This document shows, piece after piece, positions 12,602 through 22,787 of a stretch of DNA of 64,000 nt (position 1 is the first letter of the stretch; every line of letters begins with the position of its first letter). This stretch comes from an uncultured Bdellovibrionales bacterium (GTDB lineage: Bacteria > Patescibacteriota > Minisyncoccia > Moranbacterales > UBA2206): contig CAZIFD010000003.1 of the NCBI GenBank assembly GCA_964538685.1, forward strand, positions 757-64,756, written 5' to 3'. The notes beneath the pieces were generated by a model, which made no database searches, had not been told where the DNA came from, and saw only the letters and a list, made by a program, of their open reading frames with translations. The translations under genes were made by a program, and so were the position numbers.

Positions 12602-13354
12602 TTAAGGCAAAAACGGACTAGCTTTTCCAGCTGAATCAACATTCGTTCGGTTAAATTCATGGTCCTTAAAATTCTTAATCTTACTGATAATACTCATATC
12701 AAATCCACTATTTCCAAAAATTTCCTCGTCAATATTGGAAACCAAATCAATTTTGGGAAGATAATTAAATTTAAAAACAAAATTAGCTAAAAGATTATTT
12801 GGATTTCCATCGCCTAAGCCGGTATTTCTAGTGCTTATTTCCAAAGAAGTAATTTCATTGAATCTTTTTAATTTATAAATTTTACTGATAATATTTTTAA
12901 TGTTTTCATATCCTCCAAAAACACTCAAACTAACATCAAATTCCTTTGTTTTGGTTTTCTCCTGTTCTACTAATTTATACCCTGGATCATTTTCCAAAAC
13001 ACCCTCGGTTTCAACCAACGCAACATCTTTCTTGGGTTGCATAACTGACAAGTCAAAAATTGAAAGACTTTCCCCGGTAGCAATATCATTAAGATTTTTT
13101 ATGACATCTTCAGAATTTTGATCATCCGGAAGGAATTTAGTAACCACTGCCTGCTCATCAATACTTTTACTCAATGCATCCATAAGTCCGGCCATTGATT
13201 TTTCCTTTTCATTCAAAGAAATAATGTCTTGATTGATTTTACTCAATTCACCCCGACGCTCCAAAACTCCCTTAAAGGAAGGGACGACCAACCAAATTAC
13301 CAAAGTTACCGAAATCACCAAAATAAGCGGAGTAAGCAATATTTTAACTTTCAT
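12602..13354 (-). CDS. PilO-like pilus assembly protein
   Basis: N-terminal TM followed by a coiled-coil region. Sits between pilN and pilB. Confidence 0.5.
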   Translation of the reverse strand: MKVKILLTPLILVISVTLVIWLVVPSFKGVLERRGELSKINQDIISLNEKEKSMAGLMDALSKSIDEQAVVTKFLPDDQNSEDVIKNLNDIATGESLSIFDLSVMQPKKDVALVETEGVLENDPGYKLVEQEKTKTKEFDVSLSVFGGYENIKNIISKIYKLKRFNEITSLEISTRNTGLGDGNPNNLLANFVFKFNYLPKIDLVSNIDEEIFGNSGFDMSIISKIKNFKDHEFNRTNVDSAGKASPFLP

Positions 13355-13375
13355 ATTTTTGTTTTTAGGATAAGT

Positions 13376-13897
13376 TTATTTAATAAATAATTTAACTTCA
13401 AATTTTATCTTTCCGTTTTCACCGGTAAAAACACTTTCTCCTGCAACAACTGAAGAAAAATAATCGGATTTTTTAAAACTCAATATTTGTTTGGCAATTT
13501 CGTCATAATTAGTGGCAACACACAACAAGTTAACGGTTTTGTTTGTGGCTTCAAATTCGTAGGATTCCAAAAATATACTAGGAATCAAAAGTTTTTCTAT
13601 TTCTTGAATATTGTCTCTAGAATTAACACTTTTATCAATCATTTTACTTGATTGATCAAGCCGATTTTGAAAATCAAGAACATTTCTGGCATTACCGCTT
13701 TTAAATTCATTCAGTCTTTGGTTGTAGTCCTCTCGGGCTAAAATAATATTATTGTCTAAACGGGAAGAATAAAAAACCACTCCTCCGTAAAAAACTAAAA
13801 CCAGAATCAGAACGATAATTGAAAAAGTTAGAAATTTTCCTATTTCTATTTTTTCAGATTTTTCCGATACTTGAGTTTTTAGATTGATGTTGACCAT
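13376..13897 (-). CDS. PilN-like pilus assembly protein
   Basis: Single TM at residues ~22-44 with a periplasmic domain. Lies immediately downstream of pilM. Confidence 0.55.
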   Translation of the reverse strand: MVNINLKTQVSEKSEKIEIGKFLTFSIIVLILVLVFYGGVVFYSSRLDNNIILAREDYNQRLNEFKSGNARNVLDFQNRLDQSSKMIDKSVNSRDNIQEIEKLLIPSIFLESYEFEATNKTVNLLCVATNYDEIAKQILSFKKSDYFSSVVAGESVFTGENGKIKFEVKLFIK

Positions 13898-13936
13898 TTT
13901 TTTTGTTTATATGCTTATTTATTTTTAATTTGAAAA

Positions 13937-15046
13937 TTATTTTTTTTCACCGCCCCGAAGTGCCAAGCCTATTGCTACTGAAAAGCTGGATCCGATTTTT
14001 TTAACTACCGGAGAGAGCTCGTTTTTAAATCCAATCCGACTGAATGGATTGCCCATAACAATTTTCATACCAAGAGATTTGAAAAAATAGTCTCCTATTC
14101 CCGGCATATGCGCTGTTCCACCAGAAAGGATTATTGAATCAATCTTGGTTTTTCCGTCTTTTCCATAATATGAATTTATAACTCGGTTAATTTCTCCAAA
14201 AATAACATCCAAAACAGGAAAAACAAAGCCAGAATTTTGAACAAAAAAATCATTGCTCATTTTCATCTTTTCCGCCCTAGCCTCGTCAACTTGGGCACTT
14301 CTGGCTACTGTTTTGGTAATGTCTTTTCCTCCAGCATCAATGTTTCTATTGACTTTTATAACACCTTTTTCAACCAAAACAATATTACAAACCCGAGAGC
14401 CAATATCAACTATGACAAAATTTCCTTGATCATTTCCGATTAAGGATCTTACTAATGGGAAGCTTTCTATCTCTATGCCATCCAACTTCAAACCGGAATC
14501 GTCAATTATTTTTTCGTATCTTTCCACTTTATTTTTTGGCGCCGCCACTAAAAGAACTTGCATCTTTTCGCTAGTGCCATCTCCGTCCACTATTTCCTGT
14601 TTTTCTGAAAAAGCCTCCTTTGATTTTTTTGATCCGATTAGAATTTTCTTCTTTCTACTGATTTCTCCAACCACATCCCAGCTGAAAACCACATCATCCA
14701 AAGAAGTCGGGATATATTTGTGAGCCTCAAAACGAATTGCTTGTTCCAACTCATCTTCAGCCACTTTCGGAAATTCTATTAAAGTTATCAAGCCTCCAAA
14801 GGCCGGGATAGCCACATTGCAACTTTTGCTTTTTATTTTCGCTACCTTAACAGATCTTTTTATGCTCTGAAAAATAATTGAATCGGATTCCTGCGACATA
14901 ACATCATGACCGCAGTCGCCAATATTCATCCAAGCATAATTGCTTAAATAAGGTTTTCCGCCAGTCATTTCAAGTTCCACAATTTTAATGGAAGATGCAC
15001 CGATATCCACCCCTAAAAAAGATTTTTTCTTAAAAATACCAAACAT
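13937..15046 (-). CDS. pilM: Type IV pilus assembly protein PilM (actin-like ATPase fold)
   Basis: N-terminal LGVDIGASSIKIVEL motif of PilM/FtsA-like proteins. Confidence 0.85.
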   Translation of the reverse strand: MFGIFKKKSFLGVDIGASSIKIVELEMTGGKPYLSNYAWMNIGDCGHDVMSQESDSIIFQSIKRSVKVAKIKSKSCNVAIPAFGGLITLIEFPKVAEDELEQAIRFEAHKYIPTSLDDVVFSWDVVGEISRKKKILIGSKKSKEAFSEKQEIVDGDGTSEKMQVLLVAAPKNKVERYEKIIDDSGLKLDGIEIESFPLVRSLIGNDQGNFVIVDIGSRVCNIVLVEKGVIKVNRNIDAGGKDITKTVARSAQVDEARAEKMKMSNDFFVQNSGFVFPVLDVIFGEINRVINSYYGKDGKTKIDSIILSGGTAHMPGIGDYFFKSLGMKIVMGNPFSRIGFKNELSPVVKKIGSSFSVAIGLALRGGEKK

Positions 15047-15137
15047 TAATTCTAAATCAGAAACATTAAAGTTTCTTTTAATTAATTTTTATTTTTTTAT
15101 TGCAAATTAATATTATCATATTTAAATAAAAAAAACT

Positions 15138-15923
15138 ATGCCAGAATCATTAAGCACTTTATCCACAACCCCAAAGAAATTCGCTAGCCAAATCAAAAAA
15201 ACGCTTTTGGATATATTTTTTCCCATTGAATGTTTTCATTGCCAGGCACCGGACCAATTATTGTGCAAATCTTGTCTCAAAAAAATATTAGTAAAAACCG
15301 AACAAACTTGCCCCCATTGCGAAACAATAATAACTCCTCAAGGAAAGATTTGTCCGAAATGCAAAATAAAATTTGCCCAATCTAATTCGCTTCGCTATTT
15401 AGACTTCCTTGTTTCCTCATCCGAATATAAGCAATGTGATTTAAACAAATTAATTCACTTTTATAAATATCGCTTTATTAAAGATCTTTGTTTCCCTTTT
15501 GGAGAAATAATGATTCAAACCTTAATTGGGAATGACATTTCCATTCCCGATTTAATTATTCCTGTTCCTCTTCACAAAAAAAGACTTCGCCAAAGAGGTT
15601 TCAATCAGTCAGAACTTTTGGCTAGACAAATCAGCCAACATTTGGCACCCGGTTTCCCAATTCCGATGGAAAACAATATTTTATTCAGAAAAAACAACAC
15701 CTCCGCACAAATGAAAATTAAAAATTTTGAAAGCAGACAAATCAATATCCAAGGAGCTTTCAGAGTAATTAATTGTCAAAAAATAAAAAATAAAAACTTG
15801 CTTTTGGTGGATGATGTCGCCACTACCGGATCAACTCTCTTTGAATGCGCCAAGATGCTTAGGGAAAACGACGCCAAAACAATTGGCGCCATTGTGCTTG
15901 CCAGACAAAGTTTTATTCATTGA
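15138..15923 (+). CDS. comF: ComF family competence protein (phosphoribosyltransferase domain)
   Basis: N-terminal Cys4 zinc ribbon and C-terminal PRTase motif (LLVDDVATTGSTL). Transcribed divergently from the pilus operon. Ends with a TGA stop. Confidence 0.8.
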   Translation: MPESLSTLSTTPKKFASQIKKTLLDIFFPIECFHCQAPDQLLCKSCLKKILVKTEQTCPHCETIITPQGKICPKCKIKFAQSNSLRYLDFLVSSSEYKQCDLNKLIHFYKYRFIKDLCFPFGEIMIQTLIGNDISIPDLIIPVPLHKKRLRQRGFNQSELLARQISQHLAPGFPIPMENNILFRKNNTSAQMKIKNFESRQINIQGAFRVINCQKIKNKNLLLVDDVATTGSTLFECAKMLRENDAKTIGAIVLARQSFIH

Positions 15924-16509
15924 TTATTTTCGCTATCAAAGAAAGAATCTTTCTTTTCCAAATATGTCCCATGCCGGGCACTACAATAACCCGCACACCC
16001 ATTTCCAAAAGAATTTTCTCCAAACCAGAGTCGCAAAAAAAATTATCATTTTCTCCCCGAATGACGGTAATTTTTTCTCTAGGAATTTTTTTTACTATTT
16101 TCAAAAAATCATCCCGAAGCAAATACTTGGTCTTTTCAAAAAGTTTAACCGGTCTTTTGAGAACTGAAGCTCTTTCTCTATTAATATTCCCTTTTCCCTC
16201 TTTGGAAAAATATTCCATCCATTTAGAAACCCAGTATCCCAAAGGTCTTTTTATTAGCAAAGGATTAATCAAAATAAGCTTGGTATTTTTATTTTTTTTC
16301 CAATTAAGCAAAGCGAAGTGAGTTCCCAAACTGTGCGCCACCACAAATTCCGTTTCCAATTTTTGGTTGAAATCTATGTTGTTTTCCCAAATTTCCAAAC
16401 TTTTGAATTCCGGATAAAAACAAGCTTTGTCCATCCAACCGGGAATATAAATCGTGTTTTTAAAATCGTGTTTTTTCATAATATTCTTAGTATAAACAAA
16501 AAAATCCAA
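15913..16509 (-). CDS. Alpha/beta hydrolase
   Basis: GxSxG nucleophile elbow (AHSLGTHFA) plus downstream Asp/His candidates. Confidence 0.55.
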   Translation of the reverse strand: MDFFVYTKNIMKKHDFKNTIYIPGWMDKACFYPEFKSLEIWENNIDFNQKLETEFVVAHSLGTHFALLNWKKNKNTKLILINPLLIKRPLGYWVSKWMEYFSKEGKGNINRERASVLKRPVKLFEKTKYLLRDDFLKIVKKIPREKITVIRGENDNFFCDSGLEKILLEMGVRVIVVPGMGHIWKRKILSLIAKIINE

Positions 16510-16621
16510 CTGGAAAAGACCGCAGGAAAGATCAATTTATCAGCAGATCTATTTTCATAATTTATCAGAAAATAAATCAAGCAAGATTGGTTGCGTTTTC
16601 AACTCTTGACAAATCTCCCGA

Positions 16622-16662
16622 AATTAGTTAAGTTTCTTATTGTGTAAGAAACTTAACTAATT
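16622..16662. promoter_or_regulatory. Perfect 18-bp inverted repeat (AATTAGTTAAGTTTCTTA-N5-TAAGAAACTTAACTAATT), candidate MarR operator overlapping its promoter
   Basis: A TTGACA -35 at ~16603 and TAAGTT -10-like sequence lie inside the repeat. The marR start abuts the repeat. Confidence 0.6.
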
Positions 16663-17121
16663 TTGATTATGACACAAAGAAACAAAAATCTTCAGAAAAT
16701 TCTTGATTTTTTCCATCTACAAAGAAAGGTCATCATTCACAAAATTATTCAGGAAGTTTCCGAAAGCAGAGGAAAAATCTGCCTTACTCCTTCACAGTGG
16801 CCTCTCATAATGTTTTTGGAACACAATCAGGCTTCCAGCATCAAAGAACTCGCCAAAACTTTTGGCATAACCAGTTCGGCAGCCACCCAGCTAGTTGACG
16901 GTCTGGTGCAAAATAAATATGTTCAAAGAAAAAATGATCCCAATGATAGACGAAGAATACTCCTTAGTCTTACGTCAAAAGCCAAACAGGATTTGAAAGA
17001 AATCCAGAAAAAAACCGAAAAATTTCTTATATCAATTTTCAGTAATCTCTCCGAAAAGGAGCTGGAAAGTTATGTGAAAATAAACCAAAAAATAACTGAT
17101 ACACTTTTAAAAAAATCCTAA
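16663..17121 (+). CDS. MarR family transcriptional regulator
   Basis: Winged HTH (SIKELAKTFGITSSAATQLVDGLVQNKYVQRKNDPNDRRR). The ORF-track start is TTG at 16663; an ATG at 16669 is more likely. Confidence 0.85.
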   Translation: MIMTQRNKNLQKILDFFHLQRKVIIHKIIQEVSESRGKICLTPSQWPLIMFLEHNQASSIKELAKTFGITSSAATQLVDGLVQNKYVQRKNDPNDRRRILLSLTSKAKQDLKEIQKKTEKFLISIFSNLSEKELESYVKINQKITDTLLKKS

Positions 17122-17155
17122 ATTTAAATAATTATCAATAAATCACTTAAAAATT

Positions 17156-18247
17156 ATGCATAAAAAATCCATTATAATTGCTTTGATTATCATCATCTCA
17201 GGCGCTTCAGTGTTTTTTTGGGGATATCAAAATCATGCCAAAAGCCAACAAGCCACTGCCAATTCAGACAAAAAAACTAAGGAAGCGATCACTGTAACCG
17301 CCCAAACTGTCCGAGAAAGCCTCACCATGCCTTTTGAAATTCAATATCCAGCTGTTATTGTCGGCGATCAGGAAATCACCCTAACCGCCAAAACGAGTGG
17401 CACAATCACCGCTCTTAATTTTGATTTGGGTACTTGGGTTGGGGTCGGAAAGCAATTGATTACTATTGATGATTCCGGAAACTTTTCCAAACCGGGAGAC
17501 AATCAATTTAAAAGCACCAATATTAAACAACTGGAAATTGCTTTGGAAAAAGCCGAGCAATCATACAAACTTGCCAAGAGAAATTATTCGGACGATGATT
17601 CCTATGCAAATAAAAAAACTAAAGAAATTTCCGAATTGGATTTAGAAAAAGCCAAAATTGATTTAAAAGGAGCTCTGGACGATAACTCTGTTGTCGCTCC
17701 GATTTCCGGCTACATCACTCAACGCTATGTTTCATTGGGAGATTCAATAAGTGCCGGACAAACAATTGCCAAAATTTCTCAAACCGGATTTATGAAAATC
17801 CAATTTTATGTTAATCAAGAAGAACTTTCTTCTTTAAAAACAGGCATGCAAATCAATATTTTGGAAGATGGAAAAAATATTCCGGCCACAATAACCAATG
17901 TTTCACCTCAAGCCGACATTACGACAAGAAGATTTCTTATTGAAGCCAAACCAAACAATAAAACTGATCTAAAAATTGGTTCCGTAACCGGAGTTTCCTT
18001 TATGAGAAACCGAACAGTTGAGGAAAAAAATTGGGTTATTCTGCCACTTTCCGCCATTACTGTAAGCCAAAGCGAAAATTTTATTTTCATCAATGAGAAT
18101 GGCATAGCCAAAAAAACTCCGATTGAAATCAAGAAAATCAGTGGAGAAACCGCTCAAATAGAAATCAATCTTCCCGGGGAAACTCAGATTGTCATTAATG
18201 GTAACAAATTAATTCAGGATGGAGATAAATTAATCATTAACAATTAA
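17156..18247 (+). CDS. Efflux RND periplasmic adaptor (HlyD/membrane fusion protein family)
   Basis: N-terminal TM, coiled-coil and beta-barrel/lipoyl-like segments. Lies upstream of the RND permease. Confidence 0.8.
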   Translation: MHKKSIIIALIIIISGASVFFWGYQNHAKSQQATANSDKKTKEAITVTAQTVRESLTMPFEIQYPAVIVGDQEITLTAKTSGTITALNFDLGTWVGVGKQLITIDDSGNFSKPGDNQFKSTNIKQLEIALEKAEQSYKLAKRNYSDDDSYANKKTKEISELDLEKAKIDLKGALDDNSVVAPISGYITQRYVSLGDSISAGQTIAKISQTGFMKIQFYVNQEELSSLKTGMQINILEDGKNIPATITNVSPQADITTRRFLIEAKPNNKTDLKIGSVTGVSFMRNRTVEEKNWVILPLSAITVSQSENFIFINENGIAKKTPIEIKKISGETAQIEINLPGETQIVINGNKLIQDGDKLIINN

Positions 18248-18254
18248 TAATCCG

Positions 18255-21200
18255 ATGGAAGATTTGAATAAAAATAAACTAGACCAATCTTCTGATTCCC
18301 GCTACCTAGAAAGATTGGAATTCAATCCAAAACTTAGAAAATCTTGGCTTAATTTTTTCGTTTCCAATTTTCGGGTAGTCGTTTTGCTTATTCTTCTCAT
18401 TTCCGCTTGGGGAATTTTTTCTTTCTCAAAACTTCCGCTGGAATCCAATCCGGAAGTCAAAATTCCTTATGCTATCATCACCACAACTTATTCAGGAGCC
18501 TCTCCGACCGATGTAGAGGAGCTTCTAACCAAAAAAATTGAAACTAAAATTTCCGGCATCAAAGGCATCAAAAAAATCACTTCTGATTCTTCCAATTCCC
18601 TGTCCTATATTGCTGTTGAATTTGAATCCGGCATTAACCAAGATGACGCTATCAGAAAACTCAGGGACGAAGTTAACTCAATCAAAAAAGACTTGCCTGA
18701 AGACGCCAGCGAGCCGACAGTTATAGAAGCCTCTTTGGACGACACTCCGATTTTTACTTTTTCCTTGACCGGACCATTTGACGGCTTTGAACTAAGAAGC
18801 TTTGCCGAACGCCTAGAGGATGAATTGGAAAAAATTCCCGGCGCCAGAGAGGTTAATATCTCTGGAGGAGATGAACGAGAATTTAGCGTAGCTTATGACC
18901 CAGAAAAACTGTCTTTTTTCAATATTTCTCCAGCTCAGGCTAATCAAATTATCGCAACTGCCAACATTGCCGTTCCAGCCGGTAATTTTGAGGGTCAAGA
19001 ATTTAATTATTCCGTCCGAACTGACGGCCGTTTTTATGATCAAGAATCATTGAAAAATATTCCAATTCTTCATACTGAAGAAGGCGCTATTGCTTACCTC
19101 AAAGACATTGCCCAAATAAAAGAACAAGCCATCAAAAAAACTACTCTTTCCAGATTTTCCATAGACGCTAAAGCTCCGCAAAATTCCGTGACTATCAGTA
19201 TTGTCAAGAAGGCCGGCAATTCTATTGTTGATACTGTTTCCGAAGCCAAACAAATTATCAACCAGGAAGTTTCAACTATGCCAGCAGGACTTCAATATGA
19301 CATTACGGTTGATATGGCCAAACAAATCAAAGACGATTTTGATCAATTGACTCATGATTTCCTTTTGACTTTAGTATTGGTTATGAGTGTTCTCTTTTTG
19401 ATTGTCGGTTTGAAAGAAGCACTAGTGGCCGGTCTGGCCATTCCCTTGGTTTTTTTCATTACTTTTGGAATAATGCATTTGACCGGAATCACCTTGAATT
19501 TTCTTTCCATCTTTTCTTTGATTTTATCTCTTGGTCTTTTGGTTGACGACGCTATTGTGGTAGTAAGCGCCACCAAACAATATATGAAAAGTGGCAAATT
19601 TACTCCCGAAGAAGCTGTTCTTTTGGTTCTTAATGATTTCAAGGTAGTTCTCACTACCACCACCCTGGCTACTACCTGGGCATTTCTTCCATTACTTCTT
19701 TCAACCGGCATCATTGGTTCTTACATTAAATCTATTCCAATTACCGTTTCTGTAACTCTCATCGCTTCTTTGCTTGTTGCTCTTATGGTTAATCATCCTC
19801 TCGCCGCAGTTTTGGAAAGAGTGCGTCTGACTAAAAAATCTTTCTTTTCTTTTGTGATCATACTTTTTGGAGTTTCACTTTTGTCTTTCGCCCAAAAATC
19901 GGTTTGGGGAATAATTTTTTCCGTTCCGGCATTAGCAACCGGAATTTTGTTGCTCTTTTGGTTTTTTAAGAAAAATGGAAAAAAGAAGCTGGAGAACAAT
20001 CAAGCTCTTGCCAAAAGGGAATGGAAAGATGATAAACTCATCAAAGAAAAACTGAAAAAACAAGGTCAAAGAGAAGAAGCTGGTTTCGGACAAAAACTGA
20101 TTCACGGAATTGTTCATTTTGATCGCATTATTCCGATTTATGAAAAATATTTGCGAAAAATTCTTCACACCAAAAAAAGGCGCCTGGCTTTTATCGGAGC
20201 CACAACCGGACTTTTTATTTTCTCTATTCTTTTGCCGATTTTTGGAATTGTTCCTTCGGAATTTTTTTCTCCTTCCGATCAAGAAAATATTTATATCAAT
20301 CTGGAAGCACCTATTGGAACCAGATTGGATATTACCAATCAAATAACCGCCCAAGTGGAAGAAAAACTTTTGACTTATCCGGAAATTATCAACTTTTCAA
20401 CTGTAATTGGAAAATCTGACGGAGCTTCTCACAAAGCATCTTTCACTCTAACCTTAAAACCTAAAGAAGAAAGAAACATCACTTCCTACGCTCTGGCCGA
20501 TAAATTGAGAGAAGCTTTGTCTTCCATCAAAGAAGCTAAGGTGACTGTTGAATCCCAATCTGGCGGACCCCCTTCTGGATCCTCTTTTGAAGCCAGAATA
20601 ATCGGAGATGATTTGGATACCTTGGATAAAATTACCACGGATCTTAAAAAAATTCTTGCCTCCATTCCGGGTGTAGTTGATATAGATGTTTCTCTTAAAA
20701 ATGCTCCGGCCGAATATACTTTCACTCTTGATCACGCTAAAATGGAACTTTACAACTTGAATGCGGCCACAGTTGGATCAACTCTCCGAATGGCTATTTC
20801 CGGAACAGAAGTTTCAACTGTCATCAGGGAAAACAAAGAAATTAACATCAACGCTACTTTTCAAGAAGACAAACTTCCCAACCTGGAAGCCATTCAAAAT
20901 CTTCAAATATTAAATTCAAAAAATCAAAGTGTTTTCCTGAAAGATGTTGCCAAAATTGAACTTAAACCGTCCGTTGAAACCATCAGTCGGGTTGATCAAA
21001 GAAGAGTGGAAATTTTAACTGCCGGAGTTTCGGGTGATGCGCGTGGAACGGAAGTAGTAGCAGAGTTCCAGAAAAAACTTGCTCGGGAATATATTTTCCC
21101 TGAAGGTTATACTATCAAATATGGAGGCGAAACGGAACAAAACAATGAATCAGTCGCTTCCATTATTCGTGCTATGGCTATCGCCGCTATTTTGATTATC

Positions 21201-21638
21201 GCTACAATGGTGATTCAGTTTAACTCATTCCGAAAATCCATTATTGTTCTCATCACTATGCCACTTTCTCTTATTGGAACTTTCATCGGTATGGCAATTT
21301 TTGGAATTACCTTGAGTTTCCCGACGCTTATCGGAATTTTGGCTCTTTTTGGAATCGTAGTAAAAAACGCTATCATTCTTATTGATAAGATAAACCTAAA
21401 CATCAAATTCGGTATTCCGTTTTTTGAATCTGTAATTGATGCCGGAAAATCCAGAATTGAAGCTATTTTTATTACTTCTATTTGTACTATCTTTGGAATT
21501 TTGCCCATTACCCTTTCCAATGAAACTTGGCGAGGATTAGGAAGCGCCATCATTTTCGGTTTAATGCTTTCTTCTTTCCTTACTCTTTTCTTGGTTCCAA
21601 CTCTCTTTGCCACTTTCGTAAAAAAAGAAGAGGAATAG
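18255..21638 (+). CDS. RND efflux transporter permease (AcrB/HAE1-like)
   Basis: 1127 aa with 12 TM helices in two repeats, large periplasmic loops and a charged cytoplasmic linker. Confidence 0.9.
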   Translation: MEDLNKNKLDQSSDSRYLERLEFNPKLRKSWLNFFVSNFRVVVLLILLISAWGIFSFSKLPLESNPEVKIPYAIITTTYSGASPTDVEELLTKKIETKISGIKGIKKITSDSSNSLSYIAVEFESGINQDDAIRKLRDEVNSIKKDLPEDASEPTVIEASLDDTPIFTFSLTGPFDGFELRSFAERLEDELEKIPGAREVNISGGDEREFSVAYDPEKLSFFNISPAQANQIIATANIAVPAGNFEGQEFNYSVRTDGRFYDQESLKNIPILHTEEGAIAYLKDIAQIKEQAIKKTTLSRFSIDAKAPQNSVTISIVKKAGNSIVDTVSEAKQIINQEVSTMPAGLQYDITVDMAKQIKDDFDQLTHDFLLTLVLVMSVLFLIVGLKEALVAGLAIPLVFFITFGIMHLTGITLNFLSIFSLILSLGLLVDDAIVVVSATKQYMKSGKFTPEEAVLLVLNDFKVVLTTTTLATTWAFLPLLLSTGIIGSYIKSIPITVSVTLIASLLVALMVNHPLAAVLERVRLTKKSFFSFVIILFGVSLLSFAQKSVWGIIFSVPALATGILLLFWFFKKNGKKKLENNQALAKREWKDDKLIKEKLKKQGQREEAGFGQKLIHGIVHFDRIIPIYEKYLRKILHTKKRRLAFIGATTGLFIFSILLPIFGIVPSEFFSPSDQENIYINLEAPIGTRLDITNQITAQVEEKLLTYPEIINFSTVIGKSDGASHKASFTLTLKPKEERNITSYALADKLREALSSIKEAKVTVESQSGGPPSGSSFEARIIGDDLDTLDKITTDLKKILASIPGVVDIDVSLKNAPAEYTFTLDHAKMELYNLNAATVGSTLRMAISGTEVSTVIRENKEININATFQEDKLPNLEAIQNLQILNSKNQSVFLKDVAKIELKPSVETISRVDQRRVEILTAGVSGDARGTEVVAEFQKKLAREYIFPEGYTIKYGGETEQNNESVASIIRAMAIAAILIIATMVIQFNSFRKSIIVLITMPLSLIGTFIGMAIFGITLSFPTLIGILALFGIVVKNAIILIDKINLNIKFGIPFFESVIDAGKSRIEAIFITSICTIFGILPITLSNETWRGLGSAIIFGLMLSSFLTLFLVPTLFATFVKKEEE

Positions 21639-21654
21639 TAATTAAATTTGAAAT

Positions 21655-21692
21655 CAAAAACAGCTCCAATCAAGGAGCTGTTTTTTGGTTGG
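21655..21692 (+). terminator. Rho-independent terminator (AAAACAGCTCC-AATCAA-GGAGCTGTTTTTT)
   Basis: GC stem plus T-run after the RND gene. It also faces the convergent lipoprotein gene. Confidence 0.55.
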
Positions 21693-21704
21693 AATCTATC
21701 TCCC

Positions 21705-22085
21705 CTATTCACTTTCCGCATTTTCCGGTCTTCCCGGTCGGCAAGCCAAGGCGTCAGATTGAGGATTTTTTTCACAAGTTCCGCTTATCTCCCGAGCTTC
21801 ATCTTCGTTAGGCGGAGTCATAGAAAAAGAACAATTGTCTCCTTCGGATTTGTCCGTACAAGCTGTTTTAGCTTCTTCGGATTGAACTCCCGAAGCACCG
21901 CCGGGACCATTCCCTTTGGCATCACCTTGTTTTTTTTCTTGGTTTCCGCTTCCGGTTTCTGATTGCTGAACCTGATTGGCCTCCTGAGTTTGCTCCTGAT
22001 TTTGTTTTTGTTCAGCTTTTCCACAACCGGAAAGCACCAAAACAAACAGAAGAAGCCCGGAAATTGCCAATAGTTTTTTCTTCAT
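21705..22085 (-). CDS. Lipoprotein, low-complexity Q/E-rich with C-terminal Cys cluster
   Basis: Lipobox LSGC after the signal peptide. Confidence 0.5.
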   Translation of the reverse strand: MKKKLLAISGLLLFVLVLSGCGKAEQKQNQEQTQEANQVQQSETGSGNQEKKQGDAKGNGPGGASGVQSEEAKTACTDKSEGDNCSFSMTPPNEDEAREISGTCEKNPQSDALACRPGRPENAESE

Positions 22086-22100
22086 TGTTTTTTAATTAAA

Positions 22101-22613
22101 TTATTTAATTTTAATGGTTTTAGCTGTAATTGAATCAGAACTCACCGAATCGGCGCTCACCACAATTTGACCATCTACCGCCAAATCATTGGCGCTTTGA
22201 GAAACTATTTTTTCCACCACTGTTGAATCGGAAAGAACTATGGTTTTGGTTCCGTCTTGAGTTTCAATAGTGAAACTCTGACCGTCCTTAGAAACAATCT
22301 TTCCTTCAATTGTTTTTTCCAAATTACAATTAGGTCCGGTTCCATCTTGAAGTCCTTTGCCGGAATTCATTCGCTGACCACTACCGTCTTTTCGCCCCAT
22401 TTCTTGATCATTATCACTGTTGAATTTTCCTTTTCCGTCAAAATTATTTCCTTGACCCTGAAAAAATTGACCTTGCGGATTAGCCGGAAAACTTCTTCTT
22501 CCCAAGCTGGCTCCACCCACAAAAGCCAATCCGCCAACCAAAACAATTATCACTCCTCCGGCTAAAGCTATGAGCAATTTTTTATTGTTTTTAATATCGT
22601 TATTGATATTCAT
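22101..22613 (-). CDS. Membrane-anchored hypothetical protein (disordered G/Q-rich linker plus C-terminal beta domain)
   Basis: N-terminal TM and a C-terminal repeat-like beta region (DGQSFTIETQDGTKTIVL). Confidence 0.45.
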   Translation of the reverse strand: MNINNDIKNNKKLLIALAGGVIIVLVGGLAFVGGASLGRRSFPANPQGQFFQGQGNNFDGKGKFNSDNDQEMGRKDGSGQRMNSGKGLQDGTGPNCNLEKTIEGKIVSKDGQSFTIETQDGTKTIVLSDSTVVEKIVSQSANDLAVDGQIVVSADSVSSDSITAKTIKIK

Positions 22614-22718
22614 TTTTTTATGTTTCCTGAAAAAGCAGGAAATCCTGCCAATTTCAAGAAAATAGATTGATTAAGGCACAAAAATCTTGCGCCTTAATGT
22701 TTACGAAACAAAAATAAA

Positions 22719-22745
22719 AAAGATGCAAAAAGCATCTTTTTTCAG
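22719..22745. terminator. Bidirectional hairpin terminator (AAGATGC-AAAAA-GCATCTT flanked by A- and T-runs)
   Basis: Palindrome with flanking A/T tracts. Confidence 0.5.
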
Positions 22746-22787
22746 AAAACAAACCACAATTGGCAGAACAATAGAATACTCGCTCTA

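Noticed and set aside
15811-16321. Plus-strand ORFs 15811..16167 and 15920..16321
   Set aside because: They overlap the comF 3' end and the antisense alpha/beta hydrolase gene. The hydrolase has a GxSxG motif while these have no motifs.
19047-20735. Minus-strand ORFs inside the RND permease gene (19047..19253, 19352..19714, 19793..19999, 19932..20354, 20454..20735)
   Set aside because: Antisense to a continuous 1127-aa transporter ORF with clear TM architecture, with no independent signals.
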